Shown one piece after another: positions 1-11,400 of a stretch of 64,000 nucleotides of DNA. The position numbers and the translations under genes are program-made. This DNA is from Monocercomonoides exilis PA203 (lineage: Eukaryota; Protista; Preaxostyla): contig LSRY02000006.1 of assembly GCA_001643675.2 (NCBI GenBank), forward strand, positions 1,178,001 to 1,242,000. Direction: 5' to 3'. The stretch's first letter is position 1; every line of letters starts with the position of its first letter. The notes beneath the pieces are model-generated. The model was not told the origin of the DNA and did no database searches. It saw nothing but the letters and a program-made list of their open reading frames with translations.

Positions 1-557
1 ACAGTTATTGAAAGTGTCCACCATTATTAACACTAACTGCAAAAGACAATTTTATGAACCGAAAATTATGAATGAAATATTATGATTTCAGAAATAATCA
101 CCCAAGTGTTAAAAGTCACTTGTATTAATTATTTGATGATAAATAAAGATTGAAATTATTGACTTTTTCAATGAATTGTTGCAGAGATAACGATCTTTTT
201 GTAAATAATTTGCGTTTTTTGAGTTTTTTTTTTCAATCTTCAAAAGAAGTTTGAAATATGTAATGAGTTCCTGAAAAAGAAAAAAACCATTTGACAAAAA
301 CCACAATTTATCTAAGAAAATAGACATAATTAAATGAGAAAGATTAATTGAGCTGAATAGAAATAATTAAAAAAAATATTTTTTTGCAGTTTCAATTCGA
401 AACTCATTAACAACCATTCAGCTCGATTTTTCCGCTGTATTTTTTTGTTTTTTTAATAGTTTTTCCATAAAATAGAAATAATTTTTGAAATGAAGATCCT
501 TTCTTTTTGATCAAACACGTATATTATTACATTTAGTGAAAAAGATTGAAGTTATTA

Positions 558-2057
558 ATGGATGATGTAGTAGATTTCAGTATTTTCCCTCCGACAGCAG
601 AGATGTATTTTGGTTGGCTTTTGCTTTTCTTTGTTGATTTCTTTTTCAAAAGCTTGGTTTTATCCATTTAGAGATATTTGAAAACATGTTACAAGGACAT
701 ATTTACCTCAAAGATAACAGCATGCTGCAACTTCGAAAGATGTTTGAGACGATACCGTTTGAAGATCTTTCAGAATACTTATGCTCATTAGGGCTTTTGC
801 TATTTGAAGCGTTATCAAGTGAAAATCTTGACATCAAAGAAAAGCTCATTTTGCTTGGAGTGTTAGAAGATATAGCCCTTAGAGGCTTATTGATTGGTGG
901 CTTTGATGGGTCAAACCTTGCCTTTATCCCATTTGAAAAAGCGAATATTGTGCAATTTTTAAAGAATATTGTTGAACGCACCGAAAATCAAAATGATGAA
1001 ATTTCAAAACAAATGCGTTTGCGGTGCTTGGCCGTACATTCAATCTTAACGATACATACCGGGCATTCTCTTCAGACTTATGAAGAATTAATTCCAATTA
1101 TGTTAGAGCGGATTTCAAGTCAAATAGAAAAAAAGAGTATATGCGGCACTCAAGAAAAAGGATTGGCTGTTCTTTATTGCATTGCAGAGAAAAGAGGTTT
1201 TTGCTTTTCTTATTATGCAATTTTTCAGTATTATTTTTTTAGCGAATAACTTGAAGTTACAAGAAAGTAATTGCTTATCATGCATAATTGATGCACTTGC
1301 TCCAAAACAAGCAGATTCTGAAAATGCATTATCGGAACCTTCTGCCATCGCATTAATGTATGGGTTTAGAGTCTGCTACGTTGCATATGGTTACGATCCG
1401 AAAATAAAGGAAACATTTTTAAAAATGTTAAATTTCGAAGAAAAAATTTTCAAAATTATTGACTCTTTACTAATGAATTCATTTTTCGAAACTGCATATG
1501 CGCGTGAGATGAGCTATTCAACATGCCAAAAATGCTTTGTTACACTTAACAACTTTGCTGGACATCAAAAACAATTACATAACAATATTTATTACTCGAA
1601 CGATATGTTTTATCGAATAAAACTCGCAACTTCGATGCCTGTAAAAGACATTCAGATTGCTTCGCTTGTTTTGTGCGAGACTCTTTCAGAAGGACTGTGC
1701 AATTGTCTGTCAAAAGGAGATTTCGACTATGCTCAATGCGAGCGTTTTTTCGAGCTGGTAGGGGCTGTGTTCTCGGTGGCTATGAATGGTGTATCTCGCA
1801 CAGCGATTAAAAGAAGATTTGAAATTGTGACCAATTTACTTGCGAAATTACATCGCTTATATTTGCAGGAAAAATTGACCGCAATTCAATTACAAGAACA
1901 CAAATTTTCTCTTCTTCGGTTGAATTTGTTGGACAAAATGGAAGAAGAGGGAATCGATGATATTTTAACAGCGTATTATCAAACGTTCATCACTAACATC
2001 CATCTAACTTCTTTCTCAAGAATCTTTGATCAATCATATTTTATGGATGATTATTAA
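558..2057 (+). CDS. Hypothetical alpha-helical (possibly ARM/HEAT-like) protein, ~464 aa, 3 exons (558-612, 672-1196, 1243-2057)
   Basis: ORFs 686..1249 and 1182..2057 join in frame across GT-AG intron 1197-1242. An upstream ATG at 558 joins in frame across intron 613-671. The protein is Leu/Ile/Cys-rich with no recognisable catalytic motif. Confidence 0.7.
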
Positions 2058-3505
2058 CAAGAAAATATCTTTATGGAATAGTCAAGTAATAACCTAATAT
2101 ACATTCATTCATTTTTGTTTGTATTTAAATAAGTATTTTCAACAACCTTACAATTTCTTTTTTTTCACTTCTTTTTTCTTTTCTTTTCTTTTCTTATTTT
2201 TTGATTGTTAAATATGTGTTGTACATGTATGTTTTTTTTATCCACATGATTATAAAAAAAGAATTTTAAAACAACAAACATTGTCTGATATAAAAAAAAA
2301 AGTGTACGTATTGCTATTACTGCGAATGGATGTGATAGAAAAACAAAGCAACAAATTGAGTTAATTTGTGCTGAATAATTGGGAGGAAAAAAAAAAAAAG
2401 ATGAAAAAAACGAAATAAAAAGGAATGAAATGAAATAACTAGAAACACCCTCAAACTAAAGAAATTGCTAAAAAAAAAAAGAAAAGAAAATAAAGAAAAA
2501 ATCATTTTAAATATTTAATGGATATTGACGATTCATCAAAAAAAAGATGAAAAAAAGTACAGATGAAAATAGAACAGAATAAGATTAATGAAAAAAAAAG
2601 AAAAAAAAGTTAAGAAAACAAGAGATAATAAAATAGAAAAACATTTTTTATTTTTGTTGAACAAATTTGAGATATTATTTAATAAAAAATGCTCTAGAAA
2701 AAAGGTAAAGATTAGAAGAAGAAAAGAATTACAGAAGGCTTCAAAGTACACACAAGTTTCAAAAACTTTTCAAATCTGAAAAATATAAAAAAATAAAGTA
2801 AAAAAATACTAAAAAAAAAAAAAAATCAAAAGTAATACAACTGTTAAAACCCTCAATAAATCAATAAATGTTTCATGAAAATTAATAAAGGAGATGAAAG
2901 AAAAATAAAAATAACAAAAAACATCGAAGAAAAAAAATAGCCAAACTTGATTAAGAAAATTAAAAAAAAAAAAAAAAATAGAAAAAAACGATTTCAACAA
3001 AACTAAACATGAAATGAAATAACAATAATAGAATTTTTGAACAGAAAAACGAAAAAAGGGATTATTATCACCTTTCAGCAATAATTTCCCCATTTTCTTT
3101 CTCTTCTTATTTTTATTCACAGCACTTATACTGCAATGAACAAAAATCTATAATCACAAACATATAAAGCATCAACAACTGAGAATAAATCAAAAAATAA
3201 GAAAAAATATGGAAAAAAAAGAAAAATGTACTTAATAAAATTATAAAAGAATAGAAAGTTAAGAACAGTTGGCTTTACATGGAAAAAAAAAGATGATAAA
3301 AGTTCTCAAAGAAGAAAAAGAACATTTTGGAAAGATGTCACGACCAAGAATGAGTTCATACAGCACGCAATAAAACTCAGAAACAGGTGGACATTAAAAG
3401 AATGACTCTCCAAAATTGAATATTTTTCAAGATAAAGCCGTCAAAAGGATAAAAAAAAATAAAAAAATCAAGAAGAGAAACGCCTTTTATACAACATTTT
3501 TTAGC

Positions 3506-4745
3506 TCAGCACCAGACTTCTTCTTCCATCGAACGTACAACAAGCGAAGAAAGACAGCGCATGAAATCCTCTTTAAAATTACGTCGCTCCAAGTAGTGAT
3601 GAAATGGTTCATCTATGACAATTCGTTCAAAGAATAATTCTTTCTTTCTTTTCATCATTTCATCATCATACAGATCGTCCCTTCTCTCACTCTCCGATGA
3701 TTCTGAATCAGAGCCAGAATCTTCATCTGGATCTTCTTCGTCGGTGAAGAACCTCTGCCACGTTTGGAGCATCTCCGGTTGCGATAGAGGATCACCTGTC
3801 GCACCAAAGACAGTCACAGGAACTGCAAGCGGCTTTTCCAATGGAATTGGACAAGAAGGAGTCGAGTCTTCTGAAAGAAGTGGTGTGTATGAGTAGTACA
3901 GCTAACGTAATCAAACATATCAAGAACAATTAAAAGTGATAACATGAAGATAGTTTGCATCTTTAACATTGATAGCTAAACAAACCTTCATGTCTGCTCT
4001 GAGAGGAGGAAGTGAAACTGAAAAAAGGCGTTGGTCAATAAGACCAGGTGATGGTCCAAAACGAGATACGCACAGATCAGCAAATTCTCGATCGGGCAAC
4101 TAAATATAAAAAAAAATTCACTTTATGTGTGACAAAAATAAACACTTCAAACTCCACAATCAATTGGTTTACCAAAAGGATCAGTCGTTCCTGGTGCACC
4201 TCTTCCTGATAGAATAAGCTGTTCCGGCATAGGAAGTTTTCTTCGACGAATTTCGAGTGCAGTCTCATATGCAACAAGTGTTCCCAAGCTGTGAGCAAAA
4301 AACGAATAAGGTTTGTTGCCTTTTTTGATTAATGGAGTAAGAGCATCAGTTATTTGACTCACAAGCTCTTTCATATCAGTAATGAATGGTTCTGACGAAC
4401 GACCTTGCCTACCAGGATATTGAACAGCCACATACTAAAAAAATATCTACAATAAAAATTGAAAAAATAATAAATTTCTAACTTCAATTGATTTTGGAAG
4501 ATCGCTTGACCATTTTGCTGAGTAAGTACTAGCATTGCCTCCTGCAAACGGAAAGCAAAATAAGCGAACACTGGAATAAATTATAAATATATATGAAACA
4601 TTTATTATATTGGAAAAAAAATTTGATCATACACAGCATTCGGACGCTTTTCAGGTACAATTAAATACGAGTTATATTGCTCAATCGTAAAAGGCACAAC
4701 AGCGTTTTGCCTTTTCGGGAAAGAACGTAAACAAAAACGACTCAT
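3506..4745 (-). CDS. Type II thioesterase (GrsT/RifR/OLAH-like alpha/beta hydrolase), ~330 aa, 5 exons (4745-4633, 4570-4483, 4434-4153, 4099-3986, 3901-3506)
   Basis: The spliced product contains RLFCFPFAGGNASTY, AVQYPGRQGR, nucleophile elbow FAHSLG, LILSGRGAP, LRADM, FGATGDP (candidate Asp) and FHHYL (candidate His). All four introns are GT-AG and phase-compatible (993 nt total). Confidence 0.9.
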
Positions 4746-4916
4746 TAACGAAAAACAAGAACTCCGATTGAGTCCAAATGCTATATAATACTGAGTATGG
4801 TTTTGTTCTTGCTCCGAGTTGTATAAAAGGAAAATTTTTAATTACCGCGTATTTATTACTCTTTCAGTAAATTTACAAAAATTTCCCAAAATTTTACTGA
4901 TCATATCAAATGTTTG
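4746..4916. promoter_or_regulatory. Putative bidirectional promoter between the thioesterase and INTS11 genes
   Basis: Divergent ATGs at 4745 (-) and 4917 (+) have only 171 bp between them. TATA-like TATATAA at ~4782 and TATAAAA at ~4822. Confidence 0.5.
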
Positions 4917-7835
4917 ATGGTTCCTTCTTCCGTAAATGAAATTTCCATAACACCTTTGGGAGCAGGATGCGAAGTAGGAAGAAGTTGCATTATTGTGGAA
5001 TTATGCGGAAAACGTATTATGTTTGACTGTGGTATTCACATGGGTTTTTCTGATGATCGGCGCTTTCCACGTTTTGAGAGTTATTATGACTTTAAAAAAC
5101 CTCTTACAGGAATTATAGATTGCTGTATAATTTCTCATTTTCATTTGGATCATATCGGAGCTCTTCCATATTTGACAGAAATGGTTGGATTTGATGGCCC
5201 TGTTTTTATGACTTTTCCCACAAGAGCCATTGCTCAACATACTCTTGAAGATTTGAGAAAAGTATCTACCGACAGAAGGAACAAATCAGCAAAAGAAGAC
5301 GAACAGCAGAAATTTCAATCTTCTCAAATGTTCACAGCGGAAATGATTACCGCATGCCTTAACAAAGTAGTTCCTTTATCCGACAAACAAACATACGTCC
5401 ATCACGGAATTGAGATAACTCCATATCTTTGTGGGCATATCCTTGGAGCAGCATCTTTTCTTGTAAAAGTTGAAGATGCTTCTGTACTTTACATGGGAGA
5501 TTTTAATACATCTTCCGACGGACATCTTCGCGGAGCACACCTTCCGCGATGCCGCCCATCTGTGTTGATCAGTGAATCAACATATTGTACGACTATTCGA
5601 GGATCAAAGTTAAAGAGAGAGCGACTATTTGTCGAAGCAGTAACTTCCACAGTATTGAATGGTGGAAAAGTGCTAATTCCAGCTTTTGCATTAGGTCGAG
5701 TACAGGAGTTGTGCTTATTATTGGAAGATGAATGGAGCAGGAGGGGCATGACAATTCCAGTTTGGTGGACAACAGGAGGATTGGCTGGCAAAGCACTAGC
5801 TTCATACGAGAGATATCGATGGTGGATGAATGAAAGAGTACAAAAAGGTAAAGATGAAGGAACTGCAAAGCGTAGCCGAACAAACCTTATGAAGATGATT
5901 ACTTCAGAAGTTAGAAGGGCCTCAAATGAAATCGAACCTTTTGATTCAATTATGATTCACAAAACACAGAAAAACAAGGAGGAAAAAATTGAATGTGTGG
6001 AATGGAATGAGGAAGATGTTGAAATCTGTGATGAAAACTTAATTGATACAACCACTTCAAAAGAATCTCTGAACGAAGCAAAAACTGAACAACATCAAAA
6101 TTTGGCTCATTCTTCTTCTTTTCCTTTATCGTCATCATCGTCAGCGTTAGAAGCGCTTTCGACTCGAAATAAGTTTAATGATTTGCCTTATACCCTATTT
6201 CCAGTAACATACTCACCAACGCTCTCAATTTCCGCCATTAGCCCGTTTTCCTTTGCCCACATCACATCCTTCCAGCAGCACATGCTATATACGCAAGGCC
6301 CCTGTGTTCTGTTTGCTTCACCAGGAATGCTGAATGGAGGACTTTCACTAGAAGCGCTCCGAGCGTGGGGCGGGGATGCCTCAAATGCTGTTCTTATCCC
6401 GGGCTACTGTGTCGAAGGCACTGTGGGAAATGCGCTGCTCAAAGGGATAAGACACATTAAGACAGAGAATATATCAGCGTTTGATGTGAATTGCCGAGTC
6501 GCATCATTTCCGTTTTCAGCGCATGCGGATGCTGGCGGGATAATAGATGCAATTAACGAAGCGGAGCCAAAGTGTGTGGTTTTGGTGCACGGCGAAAAAG
6601 AAAAAATGATGTTTGCACAACAAATTATGCTTTCTTTATGCGGAGTGAAGTGTTACGTCCCTTCAAATGGAGAAAAGTTAGTGATAAACACAGAAGAAAA
6701 AGAGGATACGAAGCAAAAAGACAAAACAGAAGGAAACGAAGACAGCAAAAAAACGGATATTATGGATAATGATGAACCTTCAGCAAAGAAGGAAAAAGAA
6801 GAAGATAAAGCAAATACCGAGGAGGAGCAAAAAATTGAGGATAAAACCGAAGAAAAAGAAAAAAACGTGATTGTTTTAAATTTAGTTGATGAAAAAGAGG
6901 AAGGCGAAATTGATGTTGAGACGATCGAAGATGAAGAGGAAACAAAAAGCGAAGAAACAGAAGATGGAGCTGTTACAGTTAGCGATGGTGAAGATGACGA
7001 AAGCATCTGGATCAACGATTTGAACACGTGTGAAGAGGATGGAGAAATCAAAGAGATCGATTCAATTCCATCTGATTCGTTTTTGTCTTCGTCGTCGTCG
7101 TCATCTTCGAAGCACGTTTCTCTTTTTTCTGAGTTCCTTGCTCTTTCTCAGGAGTCGACGAGTGAACATTCTGGGAAAGAAGACAAAGGAAGTGCAATAG
7201 ACAACAAAATATCCACGATGGAGAGTGGCGAAGCGAAAGATACAAATAGTTCGAATTCTGGTTCAGTCGCAGCCCGGTTTGCGAGATTTGCAAACGATAA
7301 GCTCAAAGAACGTCCTTTTCGGCCATTCTTTTTTTCGTCTGCAGATCCTACTGAATCGTTTTCGTGTGATAAACTTTGCCCGAATCAACTTCTTTCTTCA
7401 TTTGACTCATTCTGTGCATCGCACAAGCACACGCCTTTGTCGCTTTCCTCGTGCAACGAGCTTTTGCAAACTTCATTTCAAAATACATTGCGTCAGCTTT
7501 CTGAAGCTTCCAAGCAGCCAGTGAAGCCGCATTCATCAACGTTTCCTCCGACGTTATATTCGCAATCTCCATCTCCATCTCCATCGTCTTTCTCTTCATC
7601 CATTGCTAGTCGTCGATCCGCTTCAGCAGCATCTTATTCAATCAAAAGGCGTGCAATGCGAACGGCTCATGGCTTTCTTGGATCTCCCTCGCAATTTCTG
7701 GCACGAAGATCTCAGCTGTCTATGTCCTACTCCAATCTCGGAAGAGCTGCGGAGAAAAAGAATAACAGAAGGAGAAATAGAAGCAGCGCGAAAAGGAACG
7801 GAACAGAGAGAAAAAAGAAGTCAGTACCAGATTGA
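4917..7835 (+). CDS. INTS11: Integrator complex subunit 11 (CPSF3L / CPSF73-II), metallo-beta-lactamase/beta-CASP endonuclease, intronless
   Basis: Motifs LGAGCEVGRSC, DCGIHMGFSDDRRFP (INTS11-type rather than CPSF73-type), SHFHLDH, GHILGA, GDFN, SESTY, PAFALGR, FASPGML, FSAHAD and LVHGE. Confidence 0.88.
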   Translation: MVPSSVNEISITPLGAGCEVGRSCIIVELCGKRIMFDCGIHMGFSDDRRFPRFESYYDFKKPLTGIIDCCIISHFHLDHIGALPYLTEMVGFDGPVFMTFPTRAIAQHTLEDLRKVSTDRRNKSAKEDEQQKFQSSQMFTAEMITACLNKVVPLSDKQTYVHHGIEITPYLCGHILGAASFLVKVEDASVLYMGDFNTSSDGHLRGAHLPRCRPSVLISESTYCTTIRGSKLKRERLFVEAVTSTVLNGGKVLIPAFALGRVQELCLLLEDEWSRRGMTIPVWWTTGGLAGKALASYERYRWWMNERVQKGKDEGTAKRSRTNLMKMITSEVRRASNEIEPFDSIMIHKTQKNKEEKIECVEWNEEDVEICDENLIDTTTSKESLNEAKTEQHQNLAHSSSFPLSSSSSALEALSTRNKFNDLPYTLFPVTYSPTLSISAISPFSFAHITSFQQHMLYTQGPCVLFASPGMLNGGLSLEALRAWGGDASNAVLIPGYCVEGTVGNALLKGIRHIKTENISAFDVNCRVASFPFSAHADAGGIIDAINEAEPKCVVLVHGEKEKMMFAQQIMLSLCGVKCYVPSNGEKLVINTEEKEDTKQKDKTEGNEDSKKTDIMDNDEPSAKKEKEEDKANTEEEQKIEDKTEEKEKNVIVLNLVDEKEEGEIDVETIEDEEETKSEETEDGAVTVSDGEDDESIWINDLNTCEEDGEIKEIDSIPSDSFLSSSSSSSSKHVSLFSEFLALSQESTSEHSGKEDKGSAIDNKISTMESGEAKDTNSSNSGSVAARFARFANDKLKERPFRPFFFSSADPTESFSCDKLCPNQLLSSFDSFCASHKHTPLSLSSCNELLQTSFQNTLRQLSEASKQPVKPHSSTFPPTLYSQSPSPSPSSFSSSIASRRSASAASYSIKRRAMRTAHGFLGSPSQFLARRSQLSMSYSNLGRAAEKKNNRRRNRSSAKRNGTERKKKSVPD

Positions 7836-8447
7836 GAGATTTGAAGATTACTGTAATGCATAATAGTTTTGAAATATGCTTGATTGACAGAGTATTTCTT
7901 TTCAACCAACTTCATCAAAAGCATCAAAAGATGTGCAAAAAAGTCTATGGATTGTGAAATGATAAGCAATCTTCGGCAATTTATTCTGGTTGTTTCAGAG
8001 AACTTTTGCAAGATTTCCAAGAAATAAAGTTTGCTGCAACTAAAATGGAATTGTCTCATTGAAAATGTGATTGCGTCTTTTTAATGTCTCATGTAAACTA
8101 TTAATTAATATCCAAATGTTTTTTGTTTCATCATATTTTCTTCAAATTTTAGAATCTACTAAAGTACATTTTATTGATTGTTTCCAAAACAAAGTTGAAA
8201 AAATGCTCCTTTTTTTAATTCGAAAGGAAAGATTTTTCAGACCAAAATTTTTAGCACTAACAAATTTTTAGAAAAAAAAAAGATTTGCCTTTGAATGACG
8301 AGTCTCTTCCTTTGATGAAGATGTGAGTAAATAGAAACAATTAAAGGAAATTTCATTAAAAAAATAAAGATTACCTTTCCCATTTCACAAATCTCATGCG
8401 AAAAAGAATACAACTGATAAAGATAACATTAAACTTCGTTTTCTCAT

Positions 8448-11400
8448 TCATTCTTCAGGCTGAAGAAATTGTTGAGATAAAGATTTTGCTTCTGAAATTA
8501 TTCCATTTCCACTCACAAACACATTCTGTTGTTCAAACAAATCGTCTTTCTTATCATCAACAGATGTAGATGCTGCAACAGACGTTGAATCTGTAAGATT
8601 AACCTCTGACTGATTATGTGAAGGTTCAACTATGTTCTCAATTTCAATCACTTCTCTCCCTTCATTTTGTACCAATTCATCATTTCTTGACTGAGAATTA
8701 GTTATCTCAATTGCAATTGAATTTGCATTAACAGTTGGAATTGCTTGTTTGACATAGATTAAGCCATCAGCTTCGAATTGATCTTGCTTTTCACTATTTG
8801 CTTCTTCTGGTTTGTAAAACGTTTCAAGTGAAGATGATATTGGAATGTCAGATATCTCACTTTGAGATTTTGCTGATTCTATTTTATCTGATGATTTTTG
8901 CTCGTTTTGAACATTCAAAGCTTCTGCAGTAGCATCTGTGCTGAGTCGCACTACATAGACAGCATATTGCTCTGTCCGTTCTTCACTTTGTTTTGGAGTT
9001 GATGATAATGAATCAATAGGAGGGGATGACATGGAGGTAGTTGATGCAGACACAGAAGAAGAAAGCGAAGAAGATTGATCTGGATGTTCTTCCAGATGAA
9101 CTGGTGAAAAAGAATCACTCGGGATTGCAGATGGAGATGCTGGAAGCTGTGATGGAGACATAGCACAAAGTTCAGTACGCTGAATGATTAAAGAAGGAGA
9201 AGAAGCAGGTAAAGTTGAGATTTTTGAAACGTTTGCAGTATGCTTGTTTATAACCGTTCCTTTTAAAGAACGAATTTGATTCTCTTTGTTTTTGTGCATT
9301 TGCGCAAGAAGTGTTGTAACAGGATGCAGATCAGCAACCGTCTGTTGCTTTGATAAAGAGTTAGCAGGATGATCTGAATCTGCAAGTTCAGAAGTTGAAT
9401 TAACAGACTGATTGAATAACGAAATGGGCTTGCGAAGAGAGGCCGAAGCTGAAGTTTGAGAGATATTTGACTGCATTTGATGATTCTCTTGAACACGTGT
9501 CGAACGAATACAAGGAGCAAGAGAAGACGGTCGCTTTGGCAGAATTGCTTGAACTGGCTCAGAAGTAGAAGCAGTAGTAGAAGAAGAAGACTCAAAGAGC
9601 GGCTGAGAAATGTGAATTTCAACGGATTCTGCTGGCAGGCTCAAGCGGATTGGAGAAGGATGAGGCAATGAAATTGACGATACAGAACGAATTGAGGAGC
9701 TTTTGACTGACGAAAATATGTCTAATTCTTCTGCTTGCATATTTGTTGGATTTGAAACGATACTTGGCTCCGCAGGTTCTTCTTTTGAACAAGCAGGAGT
9801 CATTAATTTAGATGATTCTCCATCCTTCTCCGAGAGTTTGTTCGCGCCGTGCTGCGATTCTTCAACAGTTTGACTCAAAGAGAAATGCTCATTTTCTGTT
9901 GGAGATGACAATCTTAAAGCTGGAGATGAAGGAGTGAAAGTGACGGAAAGCGGACTTAGTGGGCTAATTGGTGGTGAATGAATCTCTGTGTTTGAATAAT
10001 TATTAGCATCGGTTTCTGTTTGAATACCACTGCTTGACACAGAAAATGAATGAGAAGAGAAGATTGATTTTGAAGAAGTTATTAATTCCGTTGCTTTTGC
10101 TTGTGCTAGTTGAGATCTTCCTATCAAATGGATTTCCTGAGGTCTCGTCAGAAATTCTGGGCGCTGAAGACGAGGAGCAAAAACAGATCTTTGAAGCTGA
10201 TTTGTATGCACAGTTGTTGCTGACGAGGATGTGATTTCAGAAGGATGAGACGAGGAAGCAGAAGCAGAAGCAGAAACTGAAGATGACTGAGGATGTGAAA
10301 CTTTATGTTCTTGATGTAATGAAGCAGATGTGGACGAAGAATTCTTTTCTTTCTGCGCATTCTGTGAAATAATACTATCAGAGCATTCCTCTGTTTTAAC
10401 TGGAGTATCAGTTGCACTTTCCTTTTGATCCTTTTTCACTAATTCATTAAATGTGCCCGTCAGGCGTTTAAGTTCAATCAAATATCTTCTAAGCTCATTT
10501 TTTGTCAGCGAAGAATGCTGAAGAAGAAGAATTCTCTCTCCCAGCTCTACAGCTAGCGACTGATTGGAATTATCTGCTTGAGACTGAATTAGCAATGCGC
10601 AGTTGTTATTAAAAGTCAACAATTTTTTGATGAATAATTACAGAATAAAATTGGGGAAAAAAATGAGTTAAAAAGAATTACAAATGAAAGATTCAAACAT
10701 CCACTTTCTTTTTAAGAAGACGCTCTTTGATTTGAAGAGATTTGTCAATGACGCTTCGAGGAAATCCAGCGATTCGAGCAATCTTGAACACATATAAAAT
10801 TATATTCAGATAACGACAAAGAAGAAAAAATTTATAATTGAAGCAACAACATTTAAAAATTCAAATCGTAATCGTCAACACCTTGAACAGTTCATTTGAA
10901 AGCACCAATAAAAATCAAAATTATTCATAAAATTTAAAAATTTCTAAATTATTTCAAACATACATCAATCCCGCAATCTGCAAACTGAGCTGGGCCATAT
11001 TCAAGACGATAAGTAAACTTAAGCTTCATTGGTGTTTGAGTACCGCCAGAATGAGTTTGGATTGCAAAGCCCGATGATCCGTCACTTAAATGAGATTGAT
11101 TCCAACTTGATGTTGATGGATGAGATTCTTCAAGTCTGATTGCTTCCATATGAACATTAACAATGTTCGAATAATACTTTTCTATATTCGTTAATTCTGG
11201 ATAATGAGTCGTGAATAGCACAATGGGGTTAATAGATGCCGATGAGAAACAAGACTGGGGTGTTGACCCAACAGATAAATCAGACGAGTCAGGAATATCT
11301 CTAACACTTTTGCCAAATTGACTAAAGCTGCTCATTCTATCGTTTTCTTCACGTACCTCTTTTTCGTCTTTTGTTGCAAATTCTTCTAACACAGCCCAAG

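Noticed and set aside
2317-3120. Phe- or Lys-rich short ORFs
   Set aside because: They are products of poly-A/T low-complexity intergenic DNA.
3330-3515. Cys-TGA end of the thioesterase as a possible selenocysteine with a downstream SECIS
   Set aside because: The hydrolase fold is complete before the stop, read-through yields low-complexity sequence, and I could not see a convincing AUGA/AA/GA SECIS stem.
8448-10622. 724-aa ORF as an independent gene
   Set aside because: It has a non-ATG start and an upstream AG acceptor, and it begins with the MSH4 terminal helix, so I treat it as the MSH4 last exon.
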